Virus record (IMG/VR): IMGVR_UViG_3300024333_000003
Source of the DNA: a virus
Taxonomy: Duplodnaviria; Heunggongvirae; Uroviricota; Caudoviricetes
Length of the DNA stretch: 64,000 nucleotides
Direction: 5' to 3' (one strand)
The position numbers and the translations under genes are program-made. Under the pieces are notes generated by a model. It searched no databases. It saw only the letters and a list, made by a program, of their open reading frames with translations, and had not been told where the DNA came from. Position 1 is the stretch's first letter. Each line of letters starts with the position of its first letter. This document shows, in pieces, positions 54,398-64,000 of this stretch.

Positions 54398-55440
54398 TGA
54401 CACCAGGATTATCTGATGGTCTCGCGAAGTCATTCTGGCAACGCAAAGAGGGCACATTTGGTATGATTGTCGCAGTAGCATTAGCGGCGGCAGCTTTATA
54501 CGGACTAAATCTAGCATTACCATTTATTATTGGTTTGTTAGAAAATACATTAACGGCAGCGTTTCTTTTTATGACTGTAGTTATTGTAGGTACGATCTTA
54601 ACAAGTAAGCGATTTTGGACCTTATTTTTTGGTTCATTTAAACTTATTATGCGTTGGGTCACTGGGATTTTCATTACTATTGATCCGATCGGTATATTAA
54701 AAAATTATGTAGATAAATTAGCTGATAAACTTGTCTTAATTGAAAAACAAATAAAGAATCTCCGAGGTCAGATGGGGCAATTAAAAGTCACCATTGACAC
54801 CAACGAGAGAGATCGTCAGCGGTCTATTTCGATGGCAAAGGCGGCAAAAACTTCTGGTAAAAAAGCGGCATTAGTATTAAATGCACGTAGTGCTGGAAGG
54901 TTGAAAGAATCAAACATCACGTTACAGCAGCTCTACACAAAGCTGGAGAGTTTGATGCGTATGTTGAACAAGATGCGAGAAGTCTCTGAATTTATGTATG
55001 AAGACATCAAACAAAATGTAGATACTCTCGAGCGACAAACCGCGGCAGTAACCACTGGTCACAAAGCCATGACTGCGGCAATGTCCTTTATTCGCGATGC
55101 ATCTGATGATAAAAAGCTATATGATCAAACAGTTGAAAATCTACTCAATGATTATGGGCAGAAACTTGGAGAAATCGATCAATTCATGGAAGTTGCAACT
55201 CCATTTATTGAGGGTGTTGATCTAGCTAATATGGCCTTTGAAGCAGACACATTAAAGGAACTTGAATTATGGGAAAGCAAAGTAGATAGTTTGTTGCTAG
55301 GCGACACAAAAGCATTACTTGTCGGTAATGAAGAACTCGCTCCTTTGTTAAACGAATTACCCTCGGCGCAACAAGTGCCAATAGAATCAAAATCACAATC
55401 AACCACAACATCCAAATATTTACGAAAGAATCGATCATGA
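54397..55440 (+). CDS. membrane protein with coiled-coil C-terminal half (347 aa)
   Basis: 2-3 N-terminal TM segments then a long coiled coil; translationally coupled to the flanking genes. Confidence 0.5.
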   Translation: MTPGLSDGLAKSFWQRKEGTFGMIVAVALAAAALYGLNLALPFIIGLLENTLTAAFLFMTVVIVGTILTSKRFWTLFFGSFKLIMRWVTGIFITIDPIGILKNYVDKLADKLVLIEKQIKNLRGQMGQLKVTIDTNERDRQRSISMAKAAKTSGKKAALVLNARSAGRLKESNITLQQLYTKLESLMRMLNKMREVSEFMYEDIKQNVDTLERQTAAVTTGHKAMTAAMSFIRDASDDKKLYDQTVENLLNDYGQKLGEIDQFMEVATPFIEGVDLANMAFEADTLKELELWESKVDSLLLGDTKALLVGNEELAPLLNELPSAQQVPIESKSQSTTTSKYLRKNRS

Positions 55441-57227
55441 ACGAAGGAACCGGAATACGCCCAGCCGGAAGGCTGCTTATTATTATGGCAATAGTTGGAA
55501 CATTATTCTATTTGTTATTTTTTGGACCTCTTAACCAATATATTCCCGGCAAAGAACCCGCCAAGGCAGTTGTAGCAAAAAGGGTAAATCTGGGAAATAT
55601 TGCAAATACAAAAAGTATTGCAGCGGAACTTCCGCTTCCGTCGGCAGACCCAGCACCTGCTACAAACACAACTTTCAAGTATGAAATAATGGCCTGGAAT
55701 TCACAGTTTTCTCTGATGCTTGCCAATGGTGGTATTGTTACCACATCGGGGTCGCTTATGGAAAAGTACGGGGTTAATATTACACTAGAGCGACAAGATG
55801 ATTGTGAAAAAATGAAGGCAGACCTAGTGGCATTTGCAACTGAGCTCAAAGACGGAAATCCATATCCATCAGAAAAACCTGCATTTGTTGCTGTAATGGG
55901 AGATGGTGCTGCACAATTTATAGCCGCACTCAATCCAGTACTAGAAAAACTCGGCACTGAATATCGTGCTAAAGTCATAGGTTCAGCCGGTTATTCTTAT
56001 GGTGAAGATAAATTGATGGGGCCACCGGAGTGGAAAAAGAATCCTGGGTCTATGCGCGGTTGTGTCATATCCGGTTATCTACGAGATGGCGACTGGAATA
56101 TTGCAATGAAATATACTGGTGACAACGGCATTCCAAATAATCCTGATGAAACCACTTACGATCCTAATGCTGTAAATTGGGTTGCTGCTAATGACTTTTT
56201 AGATGCGCCAGCTAAATTAATTGCGGGATATGAAGAAGATCGTCCAGTAGTTATTAATGGCAAGAAAACTGGAAAAACACAACGTATCAAAGTTCAAGGT
56301 ACAGTTACTTGGACTCCTGGTGATGTGAATGTCGTCGAACAATGCGACCAAGATATCATAAATATCGTAAGCACACGTGAATATGCGGGGCAAATGCCAA
56401 ATGCTATTATTGGGATCGATGTGTGGTGCAAAGACAATCGTAAAATGGTTGAAGGAATGCTTCGAGCTATTGGCGAAGCCGGAGATCAAATAAAAAGATA
56501 CGATGCCGCAAAACAACGCGCAGCAGAAATCTCGGCCAGTGTATATAAGGAGAAGGATGCTGAATACTGGTTACGATATCATGATGGTACAGAAGAACTA
56601 AATAAACACGGTTCAGTAGTGCAATTAGGCGGTTCAAAACCAAACAATATTGCAGATATGGTACTTTTGTTTGGTCCTTCGGGATTATTTAAATCTACCT
56701 ACGTCGCATTTGGTAATGTTGTAATTCAGCAATATCCAAAACTTGTACCAAGCGTACCAGCGCCAGAAATCGCTATCGATGGTTCGTATGTATTAGCTGT
56801 TGCAAAAGAAACCAACACAAATACCTCTACGGCAGATCGTTTTACGTTCAAAAAGGGAAGTACCTTAAAAGAAGTTGTCGGCAAACGTAAATATAGTATT
56901 CAATTCGAAATCGGTAGATCAGCTATACGTGCAGGCCAAGAGAACACTCTCGAAGCATTAAAAGATGAGCTTGCGGTCAGCTTGTCATTGAAAGCTGTAA
57001 TTCATGGACATACTGATAATACTGGTACTCCTGAAGGAAATATGCGTTTATCGGCAGATCGCGCACAAGCTGTACAGTATTGGCTTGAAGGGAAATACCA
57101 AGATTTATTCCCGGAAGGTCGATTAAATATTGTTGCACACGGTCAAACCCGGCCAGTGGCTGACAATGATACAGAGACAGGACGTGCCAAAAACAGACGT
57201 GTCGAAATAGTAACTGGCACAGAGTAA
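55437..57227 (+). CDS. membrane-anchored substrate-binding-like protein with C-terminal OmpA/MotB peptidoglycan-binding domain
   Basis: N-terminal TM, a central region resembling NitT/TauT-family periplasmic binding proteins, and C-terminal NTGTPEGNMRLSADRAQAV...RRVEIV OmpA-like motif. Confidence 0.5.
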   Translation: MNEGTGIRPAGRLLIIMAIVGTLFYLLFFGPLNQYIPGKEPAKAVVAKRVNLGNIANTKSIAAELPLPSADPAPATNTTFKYEIMAWNSQFSLMLANGGIVTTSGSLMEKYGVNITLERQDDCEKMKADLVAFATELKDGNPYPSEKPAFVAVMGDGAAQFIAALNPVLEKLGTEYRAKVIGSAGYSYGEDKLMGPPEWKKNPGSMRGCVISGYLRDGDWNIAMKYTGDNGIPNNPDETTYDPNAVNWVAANDFLDAPAKLIAGYEEDRPVVINGKKTGKTQRIKVQGTVTWTPGDVNVVEQCDQDIINIVSTREYAGQMPNAIIGIDVWCKDNRKMVEGMLRAIGEAGDQIKRYDAAKQRAAEISASVYKEKDAEYWLRYHDGTEELNKHGSVVQLGGSKPNNIADMVLLFGPSGLFKSTYVAFGNVVIQQYPKLVPSVPAPEIAIDGSYVLAVAKETNTNTSTADRFTFKKGSTLKEVVGKRKYSIQFEIGRSAIRAGQENTLEALKDELAVSLSLKAVIHGHTDNTGTPEGNMRLSADRAQAVQYWLEGKYQDLFPEGRLNIVAHGQTRPVADNDTETGRAKNRRVEIVTGTE

Positions 57228-57296
57228 TTCACAAGTAATCAAAAATTTCGGGCAACCGTCAGTAATCCTGGCGGTTGCTCTAATTCAAGGAATAAA

Positions 57297-58082
57297 ATGA
57301 ACCTTACATTGGAAATGTTTTCACCAAACAAGGTTATGTCCAAATCAATTATGACTTCTATGGCAGCAATTCAACTTGCCATAGCTGTTGCAGTATGGTG
57401 GATTTGGCCCTCATACGTGGTTCCTAAACCATTAGAAGTTTTAGCTAGCTTTAGCAAGATATGGTACAATGGTTTCGGGCAAGAACTTATCACAAGTTTT
57501 ATTTTATGTTTGCAAGCGATAGGTATTACATTGATCGTTTCATTAGGATTGACATATGCAACAGTAATGCCTTTTTTCAGACCTATAGCAATGTTTGTGA
57601 CAAAAGGTCGTTTTTTAGGACTAGTTGGTTTTACATTTTTATTTACGTTAATCGCTAGTGGTGGGCACCAACTTAAATTGATGTTGGAAGTATTTGGTAT
57701 GTCCGTGTTTTTCGTCACTTCAATGATGGCGGTTATAGAAGCAATTCCAAAAAGTGAGTTCGACTATGCACGTACATTACAAATGAACGAATGGCGCGCA
57801 GTATTTGAAATCATTGTTTTGGGGCGCGCTAGCGATGCAATCGAGGTATTACAACAAAACTTTGCTATGGGATGGATGATGCTTACTATGGTTGAAGGAG
57901 TTGCTAGATCCGAGGGCGGTGTAGGTAAATTTTTACTTGATAGTAACAAACATTTTGAATTAGCAGATATTTTTGCTATTCAAATAACTATCTTTGTATT
58001 AGGTTTATTTATTGATTATGCTATCGGTGCTCTAAATAAAACTATTTGTCCATACGCATTTATTACGAGGGAAAGAACATGA
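57297..58082 (+). CDS. ABC transporter permease (multi-TM)
   Basis: 261 aa with ~6 hydrophobic segments; 4-nt overlap with the downstream ATPase gene. Confidence 0.5.
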   Translation: MNLTLEMFSPNKVMSKSIMTSMAAIQLAIAVAVWWIWPSYVVPKPLEVLASFSKIWYNGFGQELITSFILCLQAIGITLIVSLGLTYATVMPFFRPIAMFVTKGRFLGLVGFTFLFTLIASGGHQLKLMLEVFGMSVFFVTSMMAVIEAIPKSEFDYARTLQMNEWRAVFEIIVLGRASDAIEVLQQNFAMGWMMLTMVEGVARSEGGVGKFLLDSNKHFELADIFAIQITIFVLGLFIDYAIGALNKTICPYAFITRERT

Positions 58083-58873
58083 AACGGATAACAAAAGAAA
58101 CTTTGCTTCGTATAGAAAACGTTTCTTTAACATACGGCAATCGACAGATTCTCAAAAATGTAAACGGCGAAATTAAAAATAACGTCGGACATGGGCAAGT
58201 TGTAGGATTATTGGGCCCATCAGGAATAGGCAAAACTCAACTATTTCGTATACTATCTGGTCTGCAGAAGCCCACGACAGGAACAGTTCGTATCACTGAG
58301 AAAAATATAGAAGTAACCCCCGGCAGTGTTGGCGTCGTAGCTCAGAACTATCCTCTCTTCGCACATCGCACAGTTATTTCCAATTTACTGTTGGCTGGGC
58401 GAAATAGAAAGGATACTCCTGAAAAAGCACGTATATTTCTGGAGCGGTTTGATTTAAAAGCACAGACACATTTATACCCATCACAGTTATCTGGAGGACA
58501 GCGGCAACGAATAGCCATCATACAACAATTACTATGTAGCGAACATTTTTTATTGATGGATGAACCCTTTTCTGGACTTGATCCTTTAATGATAGATGAA
58601 ATCTGTACATTAATAACCGAAGTCGCAAACCTACATGAATTAAATACCATTATAGTAATCACACACGATCATCGGGCAGCTATTAAAGTCTCCGATATTC
58701 TGTGGTTAATGGGGCGCGATCGTGATGAAAACAACAAAGCAATACCAGGAGCTTATATTAAACATACTTATGATCTTGTAGAAAATGGGTTGGCCTGGCA
58801 AACAGATTTATCATCTTCGCCAGTATTCACGTCATTTGCGAAGATGATAAAAGAACAATTTAAAACACTTTAA
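58079..58873 (+). CDS. ABC transporter ATP-binding protein
   Basis: Walker A GPSGIGKT, signature LSGGQRQR, Walker B LLMDEP. Confidence 0.8.
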   Translation: MKRITKETLLRIENVSLTYGNRQILKNVNGEIKNNVGHGQVVGLLGPSGIGKTQLFRILSGLQKPTTGTVRITEKNIEVTPGSVGVVAQNYPLFAHRTVISNLLLAGRNRKDTPEKARIFLERFDLKAQTHLYPSQLSGGQRQRIAIIQQLLCSEHFLLMDEPFSGLDPLMIDEICTLITEVANLHELNTIIVITHDHRAAIKVSDILWLMGRDRDENNKAIPGAYIKHTYDLVENGLAWQTDLSSSPVFTSFAKMIKEQFKTL

Positions 58874-58909
58874 TAAATAGCGAACAATAATCATTATATA
58901 AGGAACAAT

Positions 58910-59548
58910 ATGAAACGCATATTTATTTTTTTATTTTTATTGTTATTTATATCTATCGGACAAGCGCAATTTAATTCTGGTGCTTGTTTCAAATCACAGT
59001 ATGTAATAAAAGGTATACAGCTGTGTGCAACACCTACAATTGGAGGCTATCTTGAATATTCTACCAAAAACTTTATCGCCAATATTACCGCAGATGCAAG
59101 TATATCTGAACGCTTCTCCGAAAATACTGTTACATTCGCTTGGAGTTTGGTCAATGACGGGTCAATTTGGCTTTGCGACTATTACTATCCGTATCCCGCC
59201 AATAAATATGGGAACTTTGCCAATAAAAATCTGGGCGCACATTTTATTGAAATCGGAGGAAGGTACAATTATGCGGGGTTTGAATTTATGGCGACAGGTA
59301 ATGTTTACAACGACACTACACACAGCAAATACTTACAAATCAACCGAATTATCCGATTACCTGCCGAATCCGGCCAATTATCCTTCTTTATAGGTGCCGC
59401 CATAGGAAAAGCCTTTTTCTATAATACTGAAAAAGGATTGCATGTTATAAATGTTGGAATGAGCCATCAATATAAAAAACTTGTTGTTACATATTATGTT
59501 AATCCAACTGCCGAAGAAAGCAGTGTTATTGTTACTTACAATCTATAG
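58910..59548 (+). CDS. secreted/outer-membrane beta-barrel-like protein
   Basis: Signal peptide MKRIFIFLFLLLFISIGQA, alternating aromatic/hydrophilic strands, C-terminal ...VTYNL. Confidence 0.4.
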   Translation: MKRIFIFLFLLLFISIGQAQFNSGACFKSQYVIKGIQLCATPTIGGYLEYSTKNFIANITADASISERFSENTVTFAWSLVNDGSIWLCDYYYPYPANKYGNFANKNLGAHFIEIGGRYNYAGFEFMATGNVYNDTTHSKYLQINRIIRLPAESGQLSFFIGAAIGKAFFYNTEKGLHVINVGMSHQYKKLVVTYYVNPTAEESSVIVTYNL

Positions 59549-59562
59549 TTTATATATTTATT

Positions 59563-59644
59563 AGAGGTATGTGGGTAACTGGGCATCCCAGCAGAATCAT
59601 AATCTGCCGCGAAAGCCTTGAGGGTTCAAGTCCCTCTACCTCTA
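59563..59644 (+). tRNA. class II (long variable arm) tRNA with CAU anticodon, A73
   Basis: Acceptor AGAGGUA/UACCUCU, anticodon arm GCAGA-AUCAUAA-UCUGC, 12-nt variable arm CGCGAAAGCCUU, T-arm GAGGG-UUCAAGU-CCCUC. Confidence 0.55.
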
Positions 59645-59660
59645 CGAAAGGAGAAATCAT

Positions 59661-60290
59661 ATGTCAATAATGGACAAAATTTTAGTATTAAAGTTAAATA
59701 GATCTTGGATGCCCGTAGGATTTTCTACGATCGCTAAGGCTGTTGTAGATTTATGTGCTGACATAAACTGTTATGCACTTGACATTCAATATGAACTTGT
59801 TGAAGGTCAACCAGATCTCGATAAGCCTATAAGTATGAATCCTGTTACATGGGATAATTGGATACAATTACCCGTACGACCATGGGACATACCACTGCAT
59901 TCACCAAGTATTACTGTGCGGGCACCAACGGTTCTTATAGCAAGACATTTTGACGCCATGCCTATTATTGCATATGGTACTTATCCTACCACACGTCAGA
60001 TCCAAGAACGAGATGAATTTACTGATCAATACACCGGAAGGAAACTCGCTCCCGCTGAGATGTCGATAGATCATGTTGTGCCAGTATCGAAAGGTGGTAA
60101 ACATACTTGGGACAATATGGTATTAACACATAAAGATATTAACTTTAAAAAAGGTAATAGATTAAATAAAGAAGTAGGTTTAAAGTTAATAAAACAACCT
60201 GCCAAGCCCAGGCCTGTTGCTATAAGTTCTTTGATTCGTGAAGTACGACATGCGGATTGGAAGCATTTTTTGTTGCACAAAATAAAGTAA
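59661..60290 (+). CDS. HNH homing endonuclease
   Basis: IDHVVPVSKGGKHTWDNMVLTHKDINFKKGN (HNH). Confidence 0.7.
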   Translation: MSIMDKILVLKLNRSWMPVGFSTIAKAVVDLCADINCYALDIQYELVEGQPDLDKPISMNPVTWDNWIQLPVRPWDIPLHSPSITVRAPTVLIARHFDAMPIIAYGTYPTTRQIQERDEFTDQYTGRKLAPAEMSIDHVVPVSKGGKHTWDNMVLTHKDINFKKGNRLNKEVGLKLIKQPAKPRPVAISSLIREVRHADWKHFLLHKIK

Positions 60291-60395
60291 TGGTATAAGA
60301 ATTTGTTGTTTCCTAGTTTATTAAAACTAGGTGGCGGCGGGGAGTAATCCCTCCGGGTTGTCGACGTTTCCTGCAGCTTGACTGTTAAAAACGTC

Positions 60396-60475
60396 GTATC
60401 CACGGATCGTTTAATTGGCAAGATACTGGCATTACCTGTCAGAGACTACATGGTTCGAGTCCTGTTCCGTGGACA
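60396..60475 (+). pseudogene. tRNA-like element with defective T-arm
   Basis: Acceptor UCCACGG/CCGUGGA and UUCGAGU T-loop, but flanking T-stem strands CAUGG/CCUGU do not pair. Confidence 0.25.
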
Positions 60476-60904
60476 ATGAAACCCTACCGAAAATTTCGTT
60501 TATTCCAAATAAGATGGAAAGAAAAATTAGGATATCCTGACTGTCCATATTTACATAGATGGACATTATTAATATTTGGATATTCTGTACGATTACACCA
60601 TTGGATGAAATCTGATGACAGGAGATTCTTTCATGATCATGCATGTAATTTCATATCGATAGTATTAAAAGGTCATTATACTAATGTCACACCAGAAGGT
60701 AGTTTCAATGTAAAAGCCTTTTCAATTTGGAAATCTACTGCGTTAAAAAAGCATTATCTGGATATACCAAAAGGTGGTGCATGGACATTATTACTATGTG
60801 GACGACCTTATCATAAATGGGGATTTTATGTTAATGGCCATAAATGGAGACCATTGCGATATTTCCATAAATTTGGTATTATACAAACAAAGGATTATCA
60901 ATAA

Positions 60905-60995
60905 GGAGAGTTGAGTGAGTCCGGTTTAAACTAACGGTTTGCTAAACCGTCGCCAGTCGAAAGACTGGCCACAGGTTCGAATCCTGTACTCTCCG
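60905..60995 (+). tRNA. tRNA-Ser (GCU), class II
   Basis: Anticodon arm ACGGU-UUGCUAA-ACCGU, long variable arm. Confidence 0.8.
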
Positions 60996-61003
60996 CAAGC
61001 ATT

Positions 61004-62947
61004 ATGAGTAAAATATTAATAAAAAACCTACAGATTTATAACGACATTTATGGCCTTAATATAACAGAAATAGAGCGTGATTTATTTGACGCTTTATTCA
61101 CAATGTTTAAAGGCTCAAATCTTACATATATTTATAACTCCGGACCAAATAATAAGGATTTGGTATTACGTTTTAACGGGTATGATGATGCCTTATATCT
61201 TGAACTACCGGACGCAACTGCTAAAAAATTTGGATATAAATTATTTAAATTACGCAATGCGCGATATTATTTAAAATTCGTACCAAAGCAGGAAGATATA
61301 AAATATATTAATATTATCGGGGACATTGGAAATAAAGAACAACAAGCAAAAGAGTTTTCGACCCTAGACGATCTAAAACAACACATTCTAGATAATGACT
61401 TACCGTCATTTCTTAGTAACTTTGCTTTGACACAAATAAAAATAGAAACTCTATATTGGCTTTGTAATAAACTAGATCAATATAAACCATCATTATTTAA
61501 TGATCCTAATAAATATGAAAAATTGCCTGACTACATTCATTATATTGTAGACGTTATACAATTAATGGATGATACCAGAATAGCTTTATATGCAGAAGTA
61601 AATCATGGCTGTAGAACAACTATGATTGGTTACTCCATAAAATTCTATATTACAAAACCGGATAATGCTTCATATAATTGGACTGACCCTGATAGGTATT
61701 GTAGTAATGAGAATGAGAAGACTGGCCAACCTAAGGTATTCTATATTGGCCCCGATCCTGAATTTCCCGAAGAAGAAGCATTAAATAAATATATACGTGG
61801 CCATGAACATATTGTAATTGAAAATTCCACTCTAACTATGATAGCAAAGCGTGATGAACGAAAGAAAATAGAAGATGCGGTAGTAGAAAAGGCACAAGCC
61901 GGAATACAAAAGAAACTCACTGATAAGATAGCTGAATTAGAAACTGGTGGAGAGTTCACGTTTAATGACGTAACATTTAAAGCGCATTCTATTGAATATG
62001 AATCTCATATAATAAAAAGTAATAATGTGAAAGTTAAATATCTCCTTGGTAACTTTATACGCAATCTTCGGGATGATTCGTTCAATTTTGAGAATATATT
62101 TACTGCATTCTGCAAAACAGTAATTACGGAAGCACAAAATTCCGGCAGAGTGAAAATGCAGATTGGGAACATTAATGTTACTTTGGAAGTTCGTAAAAAG
62201 GTAAATTCAGCCGGAACCACAATGGTCACCAACTATATAAATGACTACCGCATAAATAAAGACGAACTTGTCGACGTATTACCGAGAGCGCTATGTTACA
62301 ATAAAGATGAGGACTACGATAACTACCTGGAAAGCGTTAGTAAGTGTTCACTAAGATATCATCGCGCGATAGCAGCCGGTATAATATTACAAGCACTCGA
62401 CGAAATAACTGGGGAAACCGTTGACTTCAAAATTGGATTGGAAAGAGATAAAAATAGAAATTATATCTCATTTGGAGACAAATCAAAATATGTGGTAAAA
62501 GACTCCAACAAGCTGCTCAATTTGATCGGTGTAACCTCAATGAGTCGAATAATTGATATATTAGTAGATCCGGATATAGTAGGAATTACTGGATCCGACA
62601 TCAAATATATTATCGAGACTGGGCGTAAGGTATGGGCTGAGGAACGCACTAAAGAACAAGAAATGCTTTCACAGACTATTGCTTTATTTAACTGTCAAAA
62701 AATGGAAGATGCTTTACTAGACAACGGGCGGGTCGTCAGTGGTTACACTGTTAAAGGTAAATTAAGAGAATATATTGTAGAGACTTCTACAATAAGAGTT
62801 TTTGAATATCCAAGTGGGAAATATTTATGCATGGTTGACAAAGGACAAAATGAGCATGCAAATATCGCACGATTAGTTAATAGAATGTTTGCGTTAGCAA
62901 ATGATTCTAGATTGGCTAATGAAATTACAACTTTACAAACTAAATGA
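61004..62947 (+). CDS. hypothetical protein (647 aa), first gene of an operon with the GG-ended small protein and E1-like enzyme
   Basis: Stop overlaps the start of the next ORF (ATGA). Confidence 0.45.
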   Translation: MSKILIKNLQIYNDIYGLNITEIERDLFDALFTMFKGSNLTYIYNSGPNNKDLVLRFNGYDDALYLELPDATAKKFGYKLFKLRNARYYLKFVPKQEDIKYINIIGDIGNKEQQAKEFSTLDDLKQHILDNDLPSFLSNFALTQIKIETLYWLCNKLDQYKPSLFNDPNKYEKLPDYIHYIVDVIQLMDDTRIALYAEVNHGCRTTMIGYSIKFYITKPDNASYNWTDPDRYCSNENEKTGQPKVFYIGPDPEFPEEEALNKYIRGHEHIVIENSTLTMIAKRDERKKIEDAVVEKAQAGIQKKLTDKIAELETGGEFTFNDVTFKAHSIEYESHIIKSNNVKVKYLLGNFIRNLRDDSFNFENIFTAFCKTVITEAQNSGRVKMQIGNINVTLEVRKKVNSAGTTMVTNYINDYRINKDELVDVLPRALCYNKDEDYDNYLESVSKCSLRYHRAIAAGIILQALDEITGETVDFKIGLERDKNRNYISFGDKSKYVVKDSNKLLNLIGVTSMSRIIDILVDPDIVGITGSDIKYIIETGRKVWAEERTKEQEMLSQTIALFNCQKMEDALLDNGRVVSGYTVKGKLREYIVETSTIRVFEYPSGKYLCMVDKGQNEHANIARLVNRMFALANDSRLANEITTLQTK

Positions 62948-63153
62948 TAAAATATCAACTTATAACATCAACGGGTATGGATATCCGTGAAAAGAACGAT
63001 GAAGAAGCTCTTAAAGATATACAAACAATAGTAGAGCGTAACCATCGTTGGCTGTTTTTGGATGGACAGGAAGTAAATGCAAAAACAGTAACATTGGAAC
63101 AATTGCAGCAAGCACAAATAATAACACTTACTCATACAACATTAGGCGGTTAA
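62944..63153 (+). CDS. ThiS/MoaD-like ubiquitin-fold protein ending in Gly-Gly
   Basis: 69 aa ending ...ITLTHTTLGG*; stop is immediately followed by the E1-like gene ATG. Confidence 0.55.
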   Translation: MIKYQLITSTGMDIREKNDEEALKDIQTIVERNHRWLFLDGQEVNAKTVTLEQLQQAQIITLTHTTLGG

Positions 63154-63759
63154 ATGCCAAAGCGTGTAAACGTTATGATAGCTGGGGCCGGAGGTATAAA
63201 TTCTTGGCTTATACAGCTAATAGCGGATTTGATCACGAAAGAACAAATACCGTTATTTTGGGAATTTACCGTATTTGATGGTGATGAGGTAGAAAAGAAA
63301 AATTTACCTTATCAAAATTTTCAATTTGAAGATCAATTGGAAAATAAAGCCGAAGTACTGGGTAAGCGTTATGGCATGGCATTTAAGAAAAAATATATAA
63401 ATACAAAAAAAGAGTTCGATCCTTACGACTTTGTTATCTGTGGTGTAGATAATCGGGAGTTCCGGGCGATGTTATTTGAATACATGGATGAGCATACTGA
63501 TAAGCAATGGATAGATCTAAGATCAGAAGGAAAATCAATAGCAGTCTTCGCAAAAAATCCGAAAAATACTTTAGCTGAACTTAAAAACACCTTAGGTTCG
63601 GCAGAAGATTCGGGTTCGGGAAGCTGTCAATTAGCTTTCGAACTATCAGCCGGTATTGTACAACTGGGTAATCGTATAGTTGCTAATATCGGGGCTCAAT
63701 ACCTCCTTAATGTGGTCCGCGGAGAGCAAAATACCGCTTCCTTTGTGAGACGATTTTAA
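63154..63759 (+). CDS. E1/ThiF/MoeB-family adenylyltransferase-like protein (short)
   Basis: VNVMIAGAGGINSW Rossmann loop and FDGDEVEKKNLPYQNF (DxDxVExSNLNRQ-type). Confidence 0.6.
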   Translation: MPKRVNVMIAGAGGINSWLIQLIADLITKEQIPLFWEFTVFDGDEVEKKNLPYQNFQFEDQLENKAEVLGKRYGMAFKKKYINTKKEFDPYDFVICGVDNREFRAMLFEYMDEHTDKQWIDLRSEGKSIAVFAKNPKNTLAELKNTLGSAEDSGSGSCQLAFELSAGIVQLGNRIVANIGAQYLLNVVRGEQNTASFVRRF

Positions 63760-64000
63760 GGAAATCCTTTATATAATTGGAACAAGTTGAATATATTTGT
63801 TGGGTTGCCGCCAACAAAAAAAATTTTCACACCTATTAGGTTATAACGCTTGGCGGACTAATTTAGTTCGCCAAGTCATATTATATAAAGTTTATATATA
63901 AGAGGAGAAAATGGCAACTAGACTTAAAATAATTTTAATTATCTGTGCATGTATTTTGGTAACAGCATTAGTGATATTTGTATCAACATCGAATACAACA

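Noticed and set aside
1-64000. CRISPR arrays, integrases/att sites or host housekeeping genes indicating a prophage in a bacterial chromosome
   Set aside because: None seen. Gene content throughout (structural module, homing endonucleases, tRNAs, auxiliary genes) is consistent with a lytic large-phage genome.

Overview
This window reads as part of a large, low-GC tailed dsDNA phage genome. The first ~7.5 kb are minus-strand late/structural genes: a partial sigma-factor-like gene at the edge, two large structural proteins, a 923-aa tape measure protein and a tail assembly chaperone with a canonical -1 slippery site. The next ~56 kb are plus-strand and unusually rich in translation and RNA-repair functions. 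I count about 38 tRNA genes, mostly scattered singly between ORFs. Alongside them are a class I release-factor-like gene needing a +1 frameshift at CUU UGA G, a Pth2-type peptidyl-tRNA hydrolase, two CCA-enzyme paralogs, a SpoU methyltransferase, two nucleotidyltransferase ligases, a phosphoesterase and a CYTH protein. There is also peptide deformylase, a cold-shock protein, an NAD+ salvage pair (phosphoribosyltransferase plus NMNAT), a NADAR domain, a small alarmone-hydrolase HD domain and nucleotide-metabolism genes (RNR, dUTPase, dCMP deaminase). Homing endonucleases are present, one inside a putative intron that splits an SF2 helicase exactly within its DEVH motif. Other notable items are group I-like ribozyme cores in ORF-free regions, a permuted or split tRNA, an ABC-transporter-like module with an OmpA-domain protein, and a ThiS/MoaD-like GG-ended small protein next to an E1/ThiF-like enzyme. 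Everything was read by eye; coordinates of RNA features are approximate (±3 nt).
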